NCBI RefSeq assembly: GCF_000150275.1
Contig: NW_002060999.1
Span: forward strand, 1 to 40,570
Length of the DNA: 40,570 bases
Direction: 5' to 3'
Source: Trichoplax adhaerens
Lineage: Eukaryota > Animalia > Placozoa
Part shown: positions 11,215-24,588 of the stretch, in pieces
How positions within the stretch are numbered: the first letter of the stretch is position 1
Layout: every line of letters begins with the position of its first letter
Translations under genes and position numbers: made by a program
Notes under the pieces: model-generated
Told to the model about the DNA's origin: nothing
Seen by the model: only the letters and a program-made list of their open reading frames with translations
Databases searched by the model: none

Positions 11215-14200
11215 CCTGTAATTTTGCAAACTGATAGGATAAGCTTAACACAAGGAAATTATTGTCAAAATAACTGACAATGGTTTGTTTCATTATAGAA
11301 CACTAATCAAAAATATACAAATTAGTAAATCAGGATAAGATTGATTACGAAATTATGTGCTAAACGAATATGATAACATTCGCTAAAAAAATAAAAATTT
11401 CACCAGTTACTACTCTTAAATTGAATTATGAATTGGTTATTAAATTTCATTCTTAATTAAATGATAATTCAGCGCCTTAATAGTAAAAATTGATTGTTTC
11501 ATGTTTCTTCCGTCAATAGTATTGCAATAATAACTTACAGATATTTTTGTAATATTATGAAATAAAGATAAAGGTTGAATATTATCAATTAATATTTATC
11601 GCGAATGTTTCGTAAGGTTTGAGCATAAAATGATACAAGTAATGAAGATCAGATTCGGGAAATTTTGAACTGTATCTCTATAATTTCCATTAGCTTAGCA
11701 TGAATTGGTATTGATAGAATATATATATTGATTTTCTTTGTAGGATTATTTTATGGTAACCAACAAAACAATTCTTGAATAAAACAAGAACTAATTGTCG
11801 CGCAGTGATATATTTATGTACATTCTTCTACTAATATCTTATTTATTCAATAAAATTATTGGTATTTCTTAATAATGGTGTCAACTATGGAGCTGTAGAT
11901 ATTTTTATAGTAAATAGGTTCATAATATCTCTTTATTGATAGCTATTGCATTTTTAACTCTACTTTAAAGTAAATTGACCTATTTTCGATTGAATTTTAA
12001 TTTCGGTTTCGTCTAATTTGATCAATGACTCAATAATTTCTATGATTTGTTTCTCTGCATATATTTTAATTTCATCCTGTAGTTACAACAGTAAATTCCC
12101 GTTATTTATGTCTGGAGCAGCGTGAAGTTTAGAAAATACTTTACGGAATTCAGTTTTTAAGAGATAATAATTTATGTTCCAGTTTTTTCAAATACTGTAA
12201 CAATAAATGTAACTCATACAAACGTCAAAGCTATCGATTTGCCTTATTTAAAAATGTAAATAAAGTTTTACATTTTTTGCGGTTTAAAAAATTTATGTTT
12301 AATGTGTGACTGACTTTAAATTCTGTACTATAAATATCAACGGGTTTTTGTTGGCTGAATTATTTTTTAGAGCCCTATGCCAGATCATTACCAGCAATTT
12401 CATTGATAAGTTATCTAAAGATAACTGCCTTGTGGCTACTAAGATATACACCCCAAAATAAAGGAAATTTATATTGCTACTTGAGGATATAATGTAGGAG
12501 GAAATGATTGATTTCTATGTCAACAGAGACCTAATAGCGTTTATCGATTGTCTTATAAGGATGACGATGATCATTAATATTTTAATAAGATAAGATCTGG
12601 TATAATTGTATTTTTAAAGGTAGATGTTTATATGTAGGTTAATAGCAGAATAGTTTATGAAGAAAATAAACAAACAATGATTTCTTAAAAAACTAGCTTA
12701 ATCTTTATTGAGGAAATTTAATCTTTCAGCTGTGATAGAATGAAATCTAATTATTGACATGTTTAGGAATTAGTAATGGCGTAATCATTATAAGAATTTC
12801 GTACTCTTTTTTTGAATTAGTGTAATGAAAGAGCTTTTGCATAGCAACCGTAATGTAGCTTTCACATATTTACTTACCTAGTGAATGACTTATAATACTT
12901 TATCTATCCCAAATTACATAGCTGTAGTCAATAGATGTATAATGTTATGACATTATCTAAGTACCAATAACCAATATTGCTCTTGAGATATGCTAACTAA
13001 GAATGACTAAACTTATAGATTTACCAATATATCCTATTTATTGACTTAAAATTGGAATTTATAAATGAGCAACTAAACACAAAACTAAACACCTAAGCCT
13101 TTATGTTGCGAACGAGTAAAAAATGATAAAAATGATCTGGTTTCAGATTTAAAACTCTACGATCTTTCTAGCTCACTTACTCACTGGCTTAGCTTTTTCA
13201 GACTTATGTATTATCTAATTTATGCAGCCATATTCAAGTATGAATTAATAATTCAGGTTAATTACATTAATAGTAGAGAACGATATCTAAATCTTGATAA
13301 TTAATACTAACATTAGCCATTCCATCAGCAATTAATACCAAAATATGATCTTAGTAGTTCCTGTAACTGTAGTATAAATTAAATGATTTTCAACAAAACT
13401 TTGGGTTTATTTATTGCCTAAGAGAAACTAGTTGCTACTATAATATATGATGATAGGAGATCGTCAGTGTTTGAGTAATACTGCAGGTACATATCACATG
13501 GACAAACCTGATACTAGACTACTTCTGTTGTATTTCTAGTTATAGTTATACATTTTACGGTTTCAAATTAATGTTACTAACAGTAAGCTTTTACGAATTC
13601 TTTAGCTACTCTTGATCCGCAGATTATTATCTGGTTGTTATCAAGTTTGATAGATTTTATTTACATGTAAATAAATAGAAAATTTCCCAGACAGGGTGAT
13701 CAAAGTAGAGCTTTACTTTATGGACTAAATTCCAGACTTTTACTTTATTCGATCTGCTATCTTCAGCATCTCTCAGTAGAATTGTGCAGACTTCAATTAT
13801 GAATTATCTTTATGATTCTATGTAGTTACTGTCATAGCTGATATCTTTTACAGTAGAATGAGATATGTATATATTTTAGTGTGTGCAAATTTTAAATTAC
13901 TTTATCCAGGCAGCGAATAACTGATGCGATAACCATGTAGTAAGTCATCCGACATTTATAACTGTCAGATAACATTACTCTAAGTACGATATTATAGGAT
14001 TGAATGCAAGACTTATTTAACTCCATATAGAAGCTCCANNNNNNNNNNNNNNNNNNNNNNNNNNNNNNNNNNNNNNNNNNNNNNNNNNNNNNNNNNNNNN
14101 NNNNNNNNNNNNNNNNNNNNNNNNNNNNNNNNNNNNNNNNNNNNNNNNNNNNNNNNNNNNNNNNNNNNNNNNNNNNNNNNNNNNNNNNNNNNNNNNNNNN

Positions 14201-14515
14201 NNNNNNNNNNNNNNNNNNNNNNNNNNNNNNNNNNNNNNNNNNNNNNNNNNNNNNNNNNNNNNNNNNNNNNNNNNNNNNNNNNNNNNNNNNNNNNNNNNNN
14301 NNNNNNNNNNNNNNNNNNNNNNNNNNNNNNNNNNNNNNNNNNNNNNNNNNNNNNNNNNNNNNNNNNNNNNNNNNNNNNNNNNNNNNNNNNNNNNNNNNNN
14401 NNNNNNNNNNNNNNNNNNNNNNNNNNNNNNNNNNNNNNNNNNNNNNNNNNNNNNNNNNNNNNNNNNNNNNNNNNNNNNNNNNNNNNNNNNNNNNNNNNNN
14501 NNNNNNNNNNNNNNN

Positions 14516-14653
14516 AGTGTCACTGTCATACAAAGTCAGTGCTATATTAAAACACAGTATATCCAAATTAGAAGTTAACTAAATAAGGATAGTCTAACAG
14601 AATTATCCTAACGTAGATATTTCTACTCTAATACAGTATATAACACTGTCACA
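14516..14653 (-). mobile_element. Family A LTR copy, 5' end only (remainder probably in the gap)
   Basis: Reverse complement of ~705-842, ending TGTCACA at 14653. The 477-N gap plus these 138 bp is about 615 bp, close to the 630-bp family length. Confidence 0.88.
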
Positions 14654-15088
14654 ACCCTAGATTCCAAATGTTAATAAATCTAAAAATTGTACTTTTCTAC
14701 AGTATATATCATATAGCTATAAAAAATGGCTAAAGCTGACCAATAATCTTAAATTAGAACCCAGCTCAAATCTTTGGTTACACACCGTATACGATAACAA
14801 AGTAACATTGCTTCTACATTTTTTAATCGAAATTAGCTATAAGTTTTTATCATAATTAACGTATGAGTATAATACTGACTAAATACATCACATAAATTAA
14901 AATCCAACATCGTGCAATTCTTATCAAAATTATGCTACATATTAATTCAAGCTTGCAATAGTTAAATCAAAACAAGTTTTTTTAAGCTGCAATACTTATT
15001 AAAATAATAAAAAGCTTGAAGGAGAATTCTAAATATTAATCTTCTTCACACACAATCGTACAAAAATGGATAAATTAAAGATTTGATG

Positions 15089-15226
15089 TTAAGATTCGAC
15101 ATTTAATTCATCTATTATCTTGCAATTCTGTAATTATTGATCTTAAACTAATTTAGGAATTAAGATTAAAGATTCAATTCATCTATTTTCGTATTATTCT
15201 ATAATTTTTAATCTTCAGTTAATTTT
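15089..15226. repeat. Degenerate ~71-bp tandem duplication
   Basis: TTAAGATT...AATTCATCTATT...ATTCTRTAATT...ATCTT...TAATTT occurs starting at 15089 and again at 15160. Confidence 0.6.
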
Positions 15227-16639
15227 GGTTTACACCACACAGTCTAATCTATTAATTTTTTTAATAAAAATACTCTTATAATGATATTAATTTCTCCTAA
15301 AAAAGTTGTTTTGTATCAAAAACATTGGCAATTTCGGTTTTATAATTAATCATGGAAGAAGTGATTAAAATTTAAAGAGAATACCTGCGAGTGCTATTAT
15401 CGGTATTAGTTTTAGTTTCGGAAATGAAGTATAATTGACCACTTATATGTGATTGTAGGAAAAAGTACCCTTCAAAGTTTTGACTGGCTACGTAATCTGG
15501 TCAGAAGCCAAGTTATCAAATAGTTAGAAAATTTGAGTGCATTATCCCTATCTAGAGCTATTTTATAGCCTTAGAGAGAAAATAATTATAAAATTATAAA
15601 ATTTCTGATAGTTGTCATGTCCAGTTATGAATTTTAGTTTAACCATATCGCTATCTATTAAGGATAATGTGATAATTATGGCTACCCTAACTAAGACTAG
15701 AATTGATATTTGTTTTTCAACAATAGATTCTAGCAAATCATTTCAAACAGATTAAACAATGATATCTGCGTAAATGCTTTGGAAATCTTATTATCATTTG
15801 TTACGGAAATAATCATTACAAGAATAATTGTAACTATTTATAATTTCTTGTTCTGAATTAATGTTATTTACGTCCTACTGTCCATTATGCTCTTGTCATC
15901 CTTAAGTAATTTTCATCTACTCCCAATTGAGTCATGATATTTAAATAGAAAGATTTTCGTAACGAAAAACTATATACGATACCCAATAAAATCGTAGTAT
16001 CGGCATATATTAGAATCAGTTGGTCAAAGAGAACAAGTCCAGCTTTATGGTTTTCAAGCATTCAAAATTTTATTTAACTAACTTGTTCTTTTAATAAGCC
16101 TCGATATTTGTAATACGAGACATACAGAAAATGATAACTAAGCATCAAGCCCTCGTTAAAGTAACTTGCTGATATTATTAGTTAGTATTTGGATTGCGAA
16201 ATTCAGGGTATTGCTATGATTTATATTAGCTATTGTAAATGGTAACTGATATTTATCCGAAGAATACATTAAATTCCGATCTAAGGTTGAGTTAATAATC
16301 ATAGCAAGCCCTTGTACTATAGAATTAAATTTTTCATTAAAAATATCGTTGTTTATAATAGAGATATGATATGTCCTTTAAAAAATCATAATATCAACAA
16401 AGTAAGCGTTTATTGGAGTAATTTCGGTTTATAATTGTTTTTCTAAAGTCATACTAGTAGGCGCAGTTATGTTTAATTCTATTTTGATATGCTTTTGAAC
16501 CATAAATTTTGCTTTAGATTGCTACTAATCTCATCGCAATGATAACCAGTTTACCCTTTACATCTCTTCTAAAGGTTGATGTTCAGATTATGATCATAAT
16601 TTTAATCATTAAATCAAGGAAGTATAGAAAGCAGAATGC

Positions 16640-17626
16640 ATGGATTTAACGCGTCCCCCCAAAATTTATAATTCTTCCAATCATCTCGACGACTATAATC
16701 ATAAAATAACAATCCAGATTTCGTACCTCTTTTTGATTACGATTATGGCCGTTTTAGGTAATTTATTCAATTTATTCCACATCTTTCGTTCATCAACTTT
16801 ACGAGATATGAAAAATACGATGCTAACTGGTCTGGCCTTTGCTGATTTATGTACAGGAAGTATAGTACCACCTTGTATGATTTTGACATTGATTTATCAA
16901 TCAGAAGATACAACATGCCAAGTTCAAGGTTTCGTTGTTACATATTTTCATGGAGTATCATTGGTTATGTCAGCGGCCATAAGTATTGATCGATGTTCTG
17001 CTATTTCTGATCCTTATACTTATTTAGCACATTTACAAGTTTGGCGCTACAGCATTATTGTAACTAGCATTTGGATAATACCTTTACCTTTTGCTATAAC
17101 ACCTCTATTGCCGTTTCAATCATTAGGATTTGGTAGTTATGAACTTACTAGTTTATGCTGGCTACGATGAAGTACAAATAAATATAACTACGTTGCTCTT
17201 GCCGCTTTAGCAGCTGGAATCTGTTCAGTTATCACTATAATTATTTGTTGTTATGTAATAATTTTCTGTATTGCCTACAGCAAAAAAAATTCTCATATCG
17301 ATAGCTATGGAAGTATTAGAAAATCGATTCGGACTGCATTTCTTATAGTTGGCTCAAATGTTTTCTGCTGGTTGCCATTAGGAGTTACATGGTCGGTCAG
17401 TGTTATAAAATATTTTGTATTTCAAGGAGAAATTAGGATCAACTCACAATTAGAAAGTGCAGTATTATTATTACCATATTCTAACGTTGCCATAAATCCG
17501 CTTATTTATGCTGGAACAAATGAAATTTTAAAGGAAAGATATGCCAAATTTGGTGTTCGCATTTATAACTACGTATCGAATCGATTACCTTTGACTGCCA
17601 GTAATGCTATAAGTGACGCCGCTTAA
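16640..17626 (+). pseudogene. Class A GPCR paralog 2, full length with one in-frame TGA at 17168-17170
   Basis: ORFs 16640-17170 and 17372-17626 are in the same frame. The intervening codons read STNKYNYVALAALAAGICSVITIIICCYVIIF...KSIRTAFLIVGSNVFCWLP. Motifs GN, LAFAD, DRC, CWLP and NPLIY are intact. The TGA aligns to Leu TTA in paralog 1. Confidence 0.9.
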
Positions 17627-20600
17627 GTAAAACAGTTACTAGATGCAAAAGGCATTTACTGCATATTGATGGAAATAAATTTTCTCATCAGTTTATGATT
17701 ATATTACTGGGGATGCATAAAGATTGCTTAGGAATCTTTCTAAAGCATTTCAAGCGCATTTATCTTGCTTTATCAATGCTTATTCAATTTTGTTGTGTTA
17801 ATAGAAACGATTAAAATGGTAAAGCACGCTTGTTTATAAGAAAACGATGCAGACGATTTTGAAGCCCAATCCATAATATACCGTACTTACAGCAATCTTG
17901 TTAATAAATATTAGAGTAGTTCTATTAATTTTGGTTGGCCTCGTTAATATGACTATTTAGATAAATTCAGTCCTCACTTGCAAACACCGCTGAAATTTAT
18001 TTAACTAGCAAAGTCGTCAATAAGAAGTATGTTGAATCTTTTATACTATATATAAACCATCTTATCAATTGTAGCGGGCAATTTTTTTTAATTTAATATT
18101 AAATACCGTAGATAAGACAATATAGATTAATATTTGATCCACGAACAAATTGAATTCGCAGATGTTGGGCAAGGAAATGTTGATAATGGCTTGACATGTA
18201 TTCGGTTGATTACGCCCAATCTAAATTTCTGGGAAATTACCTCTGATAAAATCAGTTCTAATAATTATTTCAAATTTAAGTATTATACATTTAATAGCTT
18301 ATTTTATAACAATTCTGACATTTTCTTTTACTGTCATTGCTTATCAGAGGTAGAGTTACGACACTAAGCTAGAAAAATCTGATATATACGAGTATGTATA
18401 GGATGGTTCTAGCAACCCTTTACAATGCTCATACCATCATATACTTACCTAAGCTATTTATAGGCTATTATGTTGAATTTATGTTGATGTTACAGCTATA
18501 AATTGATAATAAACTATTTGTATGTCGACTGAACAGAATTACGAAAATCAAACGAAATTCTAAATGGAAAAATCATATCTTTTTATCATAGTAGAAATAT
18601 CAGAGTTCAGTATTTTGAAATACTGTAGGTCAAGATCATCATCTTAGTAAACTATTTAATATTACTAAAGTAACCGGTTTATCCTCCAGTGCTTAAGCAA
18701 ATAAGTGAGCTTTATTCCTTCTGAAAATTTATAGATTGCTTATAACTTTAAATTATACTCTAATTTTTGGGCTTCTCACAGTTTGTAAGATTACGTATAA
18801 TCTGTTTATAATATGTTGCTCAATAAAGATTAGTAAGATTAAGTAAATACTTTAAAACTATGACGGATTACTTGCTGTTGATGTCCACAACCAGAAAAAA
18901 TGATCCTTTCAATAACGTTTGCTACTCAAATGATACCGTAGTTGTCTTATTTGTGCATTTGACTGTAAATGCGGGAGATTTCTATAGATAGGAGAAAAAT
19001 TACTGTGATCAGCAACGATATTGTTGCCTCTTATTTGAGTATAAGCAAATATTTTTTACAAATTGAGCCATAAGAAATGGCCCAAAATAGCCAAAACTAA
19101 TATAACTAAATCAATTCGTAGATATTTTGGATTTAACACTGCATGAGACCAATACACTTATAGTATATAGAATAGCATTATTTTGACATCTTCGATTGAA
19201 ATAATTTATTTAAAATTAATCGTTTGCGAAGCATTTTTTTCAGATCGCAAAGACAATTTAAAACACTCTTATGGTATCTTAATTTCATAAAAGTATCTGA
19301 TGCTGATAGATATAATATACTTCTATTGGAAATGTTCATAATGCCAAATTAATTAAGATTCGTTAACTTCAAGTCACTAATCCTTAAACGAAGCAAAATC
19401 TTATTAGGCTCATTAGTTCTCTACTTTTGGTTAATTCAATATTGAAATAATTTCAATATCCATAGATCTCCCCTTACATATGAGCAATACTTTAATGTCT
19501 ATATTCGTGTTTACTTTTTGTCTAAAATGACTAAAGAAAATAATTATATCTACACTTTATTATTGTCGTTTAGCGAGATTGGGTATCGGCTTTAATAGCA
19601 TATTAAGGGCTAATATCAAAGCAAAGTAAGAGGAAACGGAAAGATGCCTGTTAAGGTTGTTATGCGGCAGCTGTTGCATATCCTTCTTATTCTAAGTAAT
19701 TGAATTACATCATTTTTAATTAAAATCAACAAATCACGAATACAAGCGATTTTTTAAATTGCCTGGAATTTTCTTTTACGGTTTTTCAGCCTTTGTACTG
19801 GTATACTATACGGAATAGAATATTATTTATTTATTTCTATTCTTAATTCATTCGGTTCAGGAAATTGAACCCGCACCATTGTAGTCTCATCGCTGTTTTA
19901 TATACCTTAGACAAAGTTTTGGAATGCATAATACGACTGTTTTTTTATTCAATATTGATATTTCACATAATTTAAACAAAGATTTGAAGCGCTTGTCTCT
20001 TATTAATGTTGCTTTTTTTTCCTTAGTGTAACATAATACGAATGCAGCCCTATTGAACCTGGTCTAATGCCAACTCGAGGATAATTTAATGCTTGTACAA
20101 ACTTACCAAAACATTTAGGACGGTTTAATGATATGCACTTGTGGTAATATCTAGATTCTGGAACAAACTTTTAAAAATTGTATACTACTGAAACAATCTA
20201 GATTTATAGATAGACTATTTGCAAAGTGTGTATATTAGTTCACGTGGATATTTCAGCTAGGGTCTCTTCATAACCTAGATCAGAGAGAAATTGGTTAAGG
20301 TCCTGTTAGATACAAGTGGAATCAGGACCTGAAGAATCAAATGCCCGGATTGTCGTCAAAATAATACAATAATAACGGTTACTAATAGCTAATTTGATTT
20401 TATTTCCCACCTGAATGACGGTATTATAAACTTAAGAAACAACATTTAACATAAAGTATCAGATTTGCCTACAAAAAATTAAACTTCAGGCTAATATATC
20501 CAACTATCTGTATAACTTTAGAAGGATAGTTTTACTTTATGTGCACCAGGAGTTTCTGACGAGGCTATAAAAGGCTGGTGCCTGAAGACCCCTTTTTAGT

Positions 20601-20820
20601 TAGCTGGTCAGTTCGATAATTAACTTGTTTATCAATTTGCTATTGAATTGTAAAGACTATAATCTTGGGTGCCAAGATTTATTCAGTGATAAATAGTAGT
20701 AAATCTCTGACTATCTCGCCTACAGTATTAGTGACGCTATAATTATACTATAGTATTCGGTCGTTGGAACTGAATTATTTGGTAATATAGCTAATCTCAC
20801 CTCTTTAATTCAGTAAGTGG

Positions 20821-20874
20821 CGTTCTCCGTAAGGATTGGCGTGTAGACTACTTCGTCACTAGTGGTGTGTGACA
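20821..20874. mobile_element. 54-bp miniature LTR-like remnant
   Basis: CGTTCT...GTGTGACA flanked by AGTGG on both sides (20816-20820 / 20875-20879). GC-richer than its surroundings. Confidence 0.45.
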
Positions 20875-20898
20875 AGTGGATACATTCTATTTAATTCC

Positions 20899-21790
20899 AT
20901 GGAAAAAATGTTCCAACAAATCTGCTCAAGGACATCAGCAAGCGCAGTCGAAGATTCAAATTCCTTTTCAGTATCTAATTGCAATAATGGCCATACTAGG
21001 AAATTTATTTAATTTGGTAGTAATTTTTAAAACTTCAAGTTTACATGGTCTTAATAATAGCATTTTAGTCAATTTAGCTATAGTTTATTTCTTACTGGTG
21101 CTATTGCTTTGCCCTGCATGATTATCACATCATTTTACCACAATATTGGTAGTCTTTACCAGGCACAATGCTTCATGATTACCTGTTTAAAAGGAACATC
21201 ATTAATTATTTCTTTAGCTATTAGTATAGAGTGTTGTACTGCTGTCGCCGATCCATACACTCACTTAGCACATTTGCAAAGCCCTCGCTATGGTATATCA
21301 TCATCACATGTTGTAGGTTAATTCCCATATCATTTGCTAGGTTAACTTTATTGTCATTGCTATCGTATAGGCTCGAAAAATATCGACAGCAACCTTTATT
21401 AAGGTCACCATTAGCAATAGATTCTAGCAATTCATTATAGCAGCTTTAGCAGCTAGAATTAGCGCTGTTATAATTATGGTCATCAGCTGCCGTAGTATTA
21501 TTTTTATTATCGTTTATTATCAAACCAATTCACATGCCAGACTTTTAGGCTAAAAAAACTTCAGAAAAGCAATTCGCACAACATTTCTAATGGTAGGCAC
21601 TGATGTAATGTGCTGGTTTCCGCTAGCCTTCACTTGTACGCTAGGTGCAACTAAATATATAACCTTTAAANNNNNNNNNNNNNNNNNNNNNNNNNNNNNN
21701 NNNNNNNNNNNNNNNNNNNNTGTATGTTGCTTGTCTTATTGTAATGTTGCTATTAATCCTTATATTTATGCTGGTGCTAATGCGGTATGA
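20899..21790 (+). pseudogene. Class A GPCR pseudogene (paralog 3)
   Basis: CCATGG start at 20899. Fragments in shifting frames: ILGNLFNL, PCMII, SIECCTAVADPY, KAIRTTFLMVGTDVMCWFPL, NVAINPYIY. Several frameshifts and stops; contains the gap at 21671-21720. Confidence 0.9.
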
Positions 21791-22596
21791 TATAAAGGAA
21801 AAAATTTAGAATTTTAATGTATGAAAAGTTTATTGGTTTGCATATGGTAACGCTTCTACCCTTAATACTGCACTAGTTAGCCTAACTTTGCTTTCCGGCC
21901 GAGATGTTATTTAGTAAGCATAGATCTTAAACCTAGCCAGTTAAGACGAATGAGGTAATTAGAACTTAGAGTATACCAGGCATGGAGCAAAAATTGATTT
22001 ACCTCAGCAAAACTAAAATAGCTGGCTGCTTTAAACTGTTAAATTCGTAAACCGCTAAATTTTCAAACAAAAACGTGGTGCTATTGACTGTCGATACAAA
22101 CGGAAATTAAGTTTAAAATAAGGCAATTATTTTTACTATTACCTGTTCAATGAGATATAGTGGAATATTCCTGTACCAGGTAACTTGATGATCTTCTGTT
22201 TCAGCATGCAATGCCCATAGTTACGGATAAACTTTAAACTTTAAATATTTGCTTTTTTTAATCGTTAATTACTTAGAGTTTAATATTTTCTGACAAGATA
22301 TCTTTACATCTTTTATTTGGCTTTGAATACCTTTGATATGAAATCGACTTTTACTGATTAAATCTTGAAATTCTTTTGTAGAGCCTCGTTACGGAGCTCG
22401 CTCCATGTTGTGTGATAACGTAGAAATATGGTGATGAATTACCCTATGTTGTTATTACTTGTGATTTAATTACTTTATAAGGGTTAATTACTGCACTGAT
22501 ATTTATTTATCAAGTTGCAAGATTAGTCAGCGTTGTTGACTAAGGGAATATTAATAGTTGTTAAGATCAATTAGCTTATAGTAAGCTAAACATATT

Positions 22597-23685
22597 TGTC
22601 ACGGTAGTGAATCTGCCGTGATGAATGATAACTTACTTAATTTAGACATGTATATGTATCACGTTAATATGGTTATTAACTTGGATATGTGCATGAATTA
22701 TTTTATGACTTAATATAGCCGATACAAACCTGTTCCTAATACAGGTTTAATTATACTAAATATGGTATATGAATTGTCAATGGTAAATTCAATATAAATC
22801 CTGTTAATTATAAGCTAGAGCAAACATAAAGTTAATCTTCAGTAACTGTCACAAAACAGCTTTCGTGAACGTACCTAAACTAGTCTATCTACTCTTATGG
22901 TTCTCCGACTAACTCCGGAGATCCTCAGTAAGGGAAAACTAACTTATTCCTATAATATAGTAATCAAGCCAAAACGATAGGTTTAGATTAATCAATATCT
23001 TTATTACTAGCTTGCTTACGTTTGTACCAGTGCACCCTACGTTAGCCTCAGTGGAACTGAGATTAAAAAGTAATAATCAAGCTTATATACAGTTTTATAT
23101 TTCACACAAATAAGATCGGTGCTAATCTTTCACATTAAATTATAGAATGTGCAATACAGGCTTACTATAGATTCGACTAGCTCGAGTGTTACTTATTACT
23201 TGCCACAAATTAATATTATTAATTAGCACCTTATTACGTAACATAATAATCTTCACAGCTTGAAATTTTAATTGCTAACACCATATCCACGCTGTATATT
23301 ACTACGATAATTAATAATAAAACTCAATTAACAACTAGGTTGTTGTCGAGATCGGCAACCTCCATAACATTATTACACATATTAGATCAAAATATTATTC
23401 ATTTCGGAGCGAGCTCCGTCACAGTAATATTACAAATTCATTGCATTAGATTAGGAATAATTTAATGTATTCGCGAAGTCTTATTGATCGAAATATATCA
23501 CACATCGTAAACCGGTTTTATGGCTAGAAAAGCTATTTAAATGATTGATTTTGAATATTAAATTAGACTTGCATTTTCCAGAATAAAGATATAGTTAGAA
23601 GATTCCGAAAGTGCATTTCTCAGTTATTGTTACTTATCTAGGGTAATCTAACTAGTTTAGATTAGGCAAGTTTAGTTAAGTAACA
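22597..23685 (+). mobile_element. Solo-LTR-like element, family D, nested in the outer C copy (~507 bp net)
   Basis: TGTCAC...GTAACA with TSD ATATT / ATACT (22592-22596 / 23686-23690). AATAAA at 23582. Removing it restores colinearity of outer C with inner C. Confidence 0.8.
22847..23423 (-). mobile_element. Solo-LTR-like element, family C, inner copy (577 bp), nested in D
   Basis: TGTCACAAAACAGC...GGAGCGAGCTCCGTCACA with TSD GTAAC / GTAAT. Shares both termini and internal motifs (AGTTAGTCGGAG, ACTGTATATAAG, GTGTGAAAT) with outer C, in the opposite orientation. Confidence 0.88.
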
Positions 23686-24077
23686 ATACTATAAGAAGAA
23701 AAATCTGATGTAGCACCTGAGTTGTGCACCGTGTGAAATTTAAACTACTGTATATAAGTACAGGATATTTATCCTTAATTGGGGAGTTTCTTAATTACGT
23801 TGTAGTGAAGAAACATTGTTGCAAAAGTAATCTATTTTTCAATAAAGACTCGTCGCTAAATTACAGTACTGGAATAAGTAAGTCTTCCCTCGCTGTGCAT
23901 ACTACACATCTCCAGAAGTTAGTCGGAGTGTGATTTAGAGTAGTTAGAGTATTCCAAGTCTGTTCACGAAAGCAGGTTTATGACAAGCCTCTGTTGGTTT
24001 TATTTCAGTGATTATTAGTGAATTAATACTCTAGATAGATGTATTTAGTTATTATGATTTTGATAGTTTCTATAGTC

Positions 24078-24588
24078 AGTTACGGTATTACCGTGATGAG
24101 ATTATAAATCATAGACTATGCTATGATCACATATAACGCATAGCAGTTACCGCAATATCGAATAAGACATCGTAAGTGTTCTAAATAAAATAGTTGATTC
24201 TAATAACTGAGTATCCTACTTTCGTATGGTGTTATTGAATTGTGAGAGTAAATTGTCAGAGTACCTTATAAAGTCCGTCAGGCATTTAAGGTATCGAGCA
24301 CAAATCCTAACATGATTACTGTCGAATAATATAGAAATTTGTATAGAGATTTTTCAGTCTTAAGATCAAGGATAATTAACCGTCTCATCTTAGCCGCGGG
24401 GTTGTTTCCAGCCTCGAATGATCTTCTAGTGAAGAACTCACCATATATAGAATGTAATCTTATTTTGTATGGAATTACGATAGGGTAGAAATTGGCTAAG
24501 TCCAACTGTCGGCCTATCTTAGCCGCTTTCAACTGTTCTATAGCGGAGAGGAGCAATTGCACGACGGACCTTCAAAATATCTTTTACA
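24078..24588 (+). mobile_element. Possible old LTR-like element related to family D
   Basis: Starts AGTTACGGTATTACCGTGATG, similar to the D start (TGTCACGGTAG...CCGTGATG). Candidate end TTTACA at 24588, but the flanks match only 3/5 (TAGTC / TAGCG). Confidence 0.3.

Larger units (their letters stand above)
22387..23985 (+). mobile_element. Solo-LTR-like element, family C, outer copy (~505 bp once the nested inserts are removed)
   Basis: CGTTACGGAGCTCGCTCC...GTTTATGACA with a perfect TSD AGCCT (22382-22386 / 23986-23990). TATATAA at 23751, AATAAA at 23841. The rejoined halves align to the inner family C copy. Confidence 0.88.

Noticed and set aside
13892-14566. 224-aa and 170-aa minus-strand ORFs
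   Set aside because: Artefacts of reading through the N gap.
22387-23423. Apparent MITE with 18-bp terminal inverted repeats
   Set aside because: The flanks AGCCT / GTAAT do not match. The inverted repeat is the 5' ends of two oppositely oriented family C LTRs, each with its own TSD.
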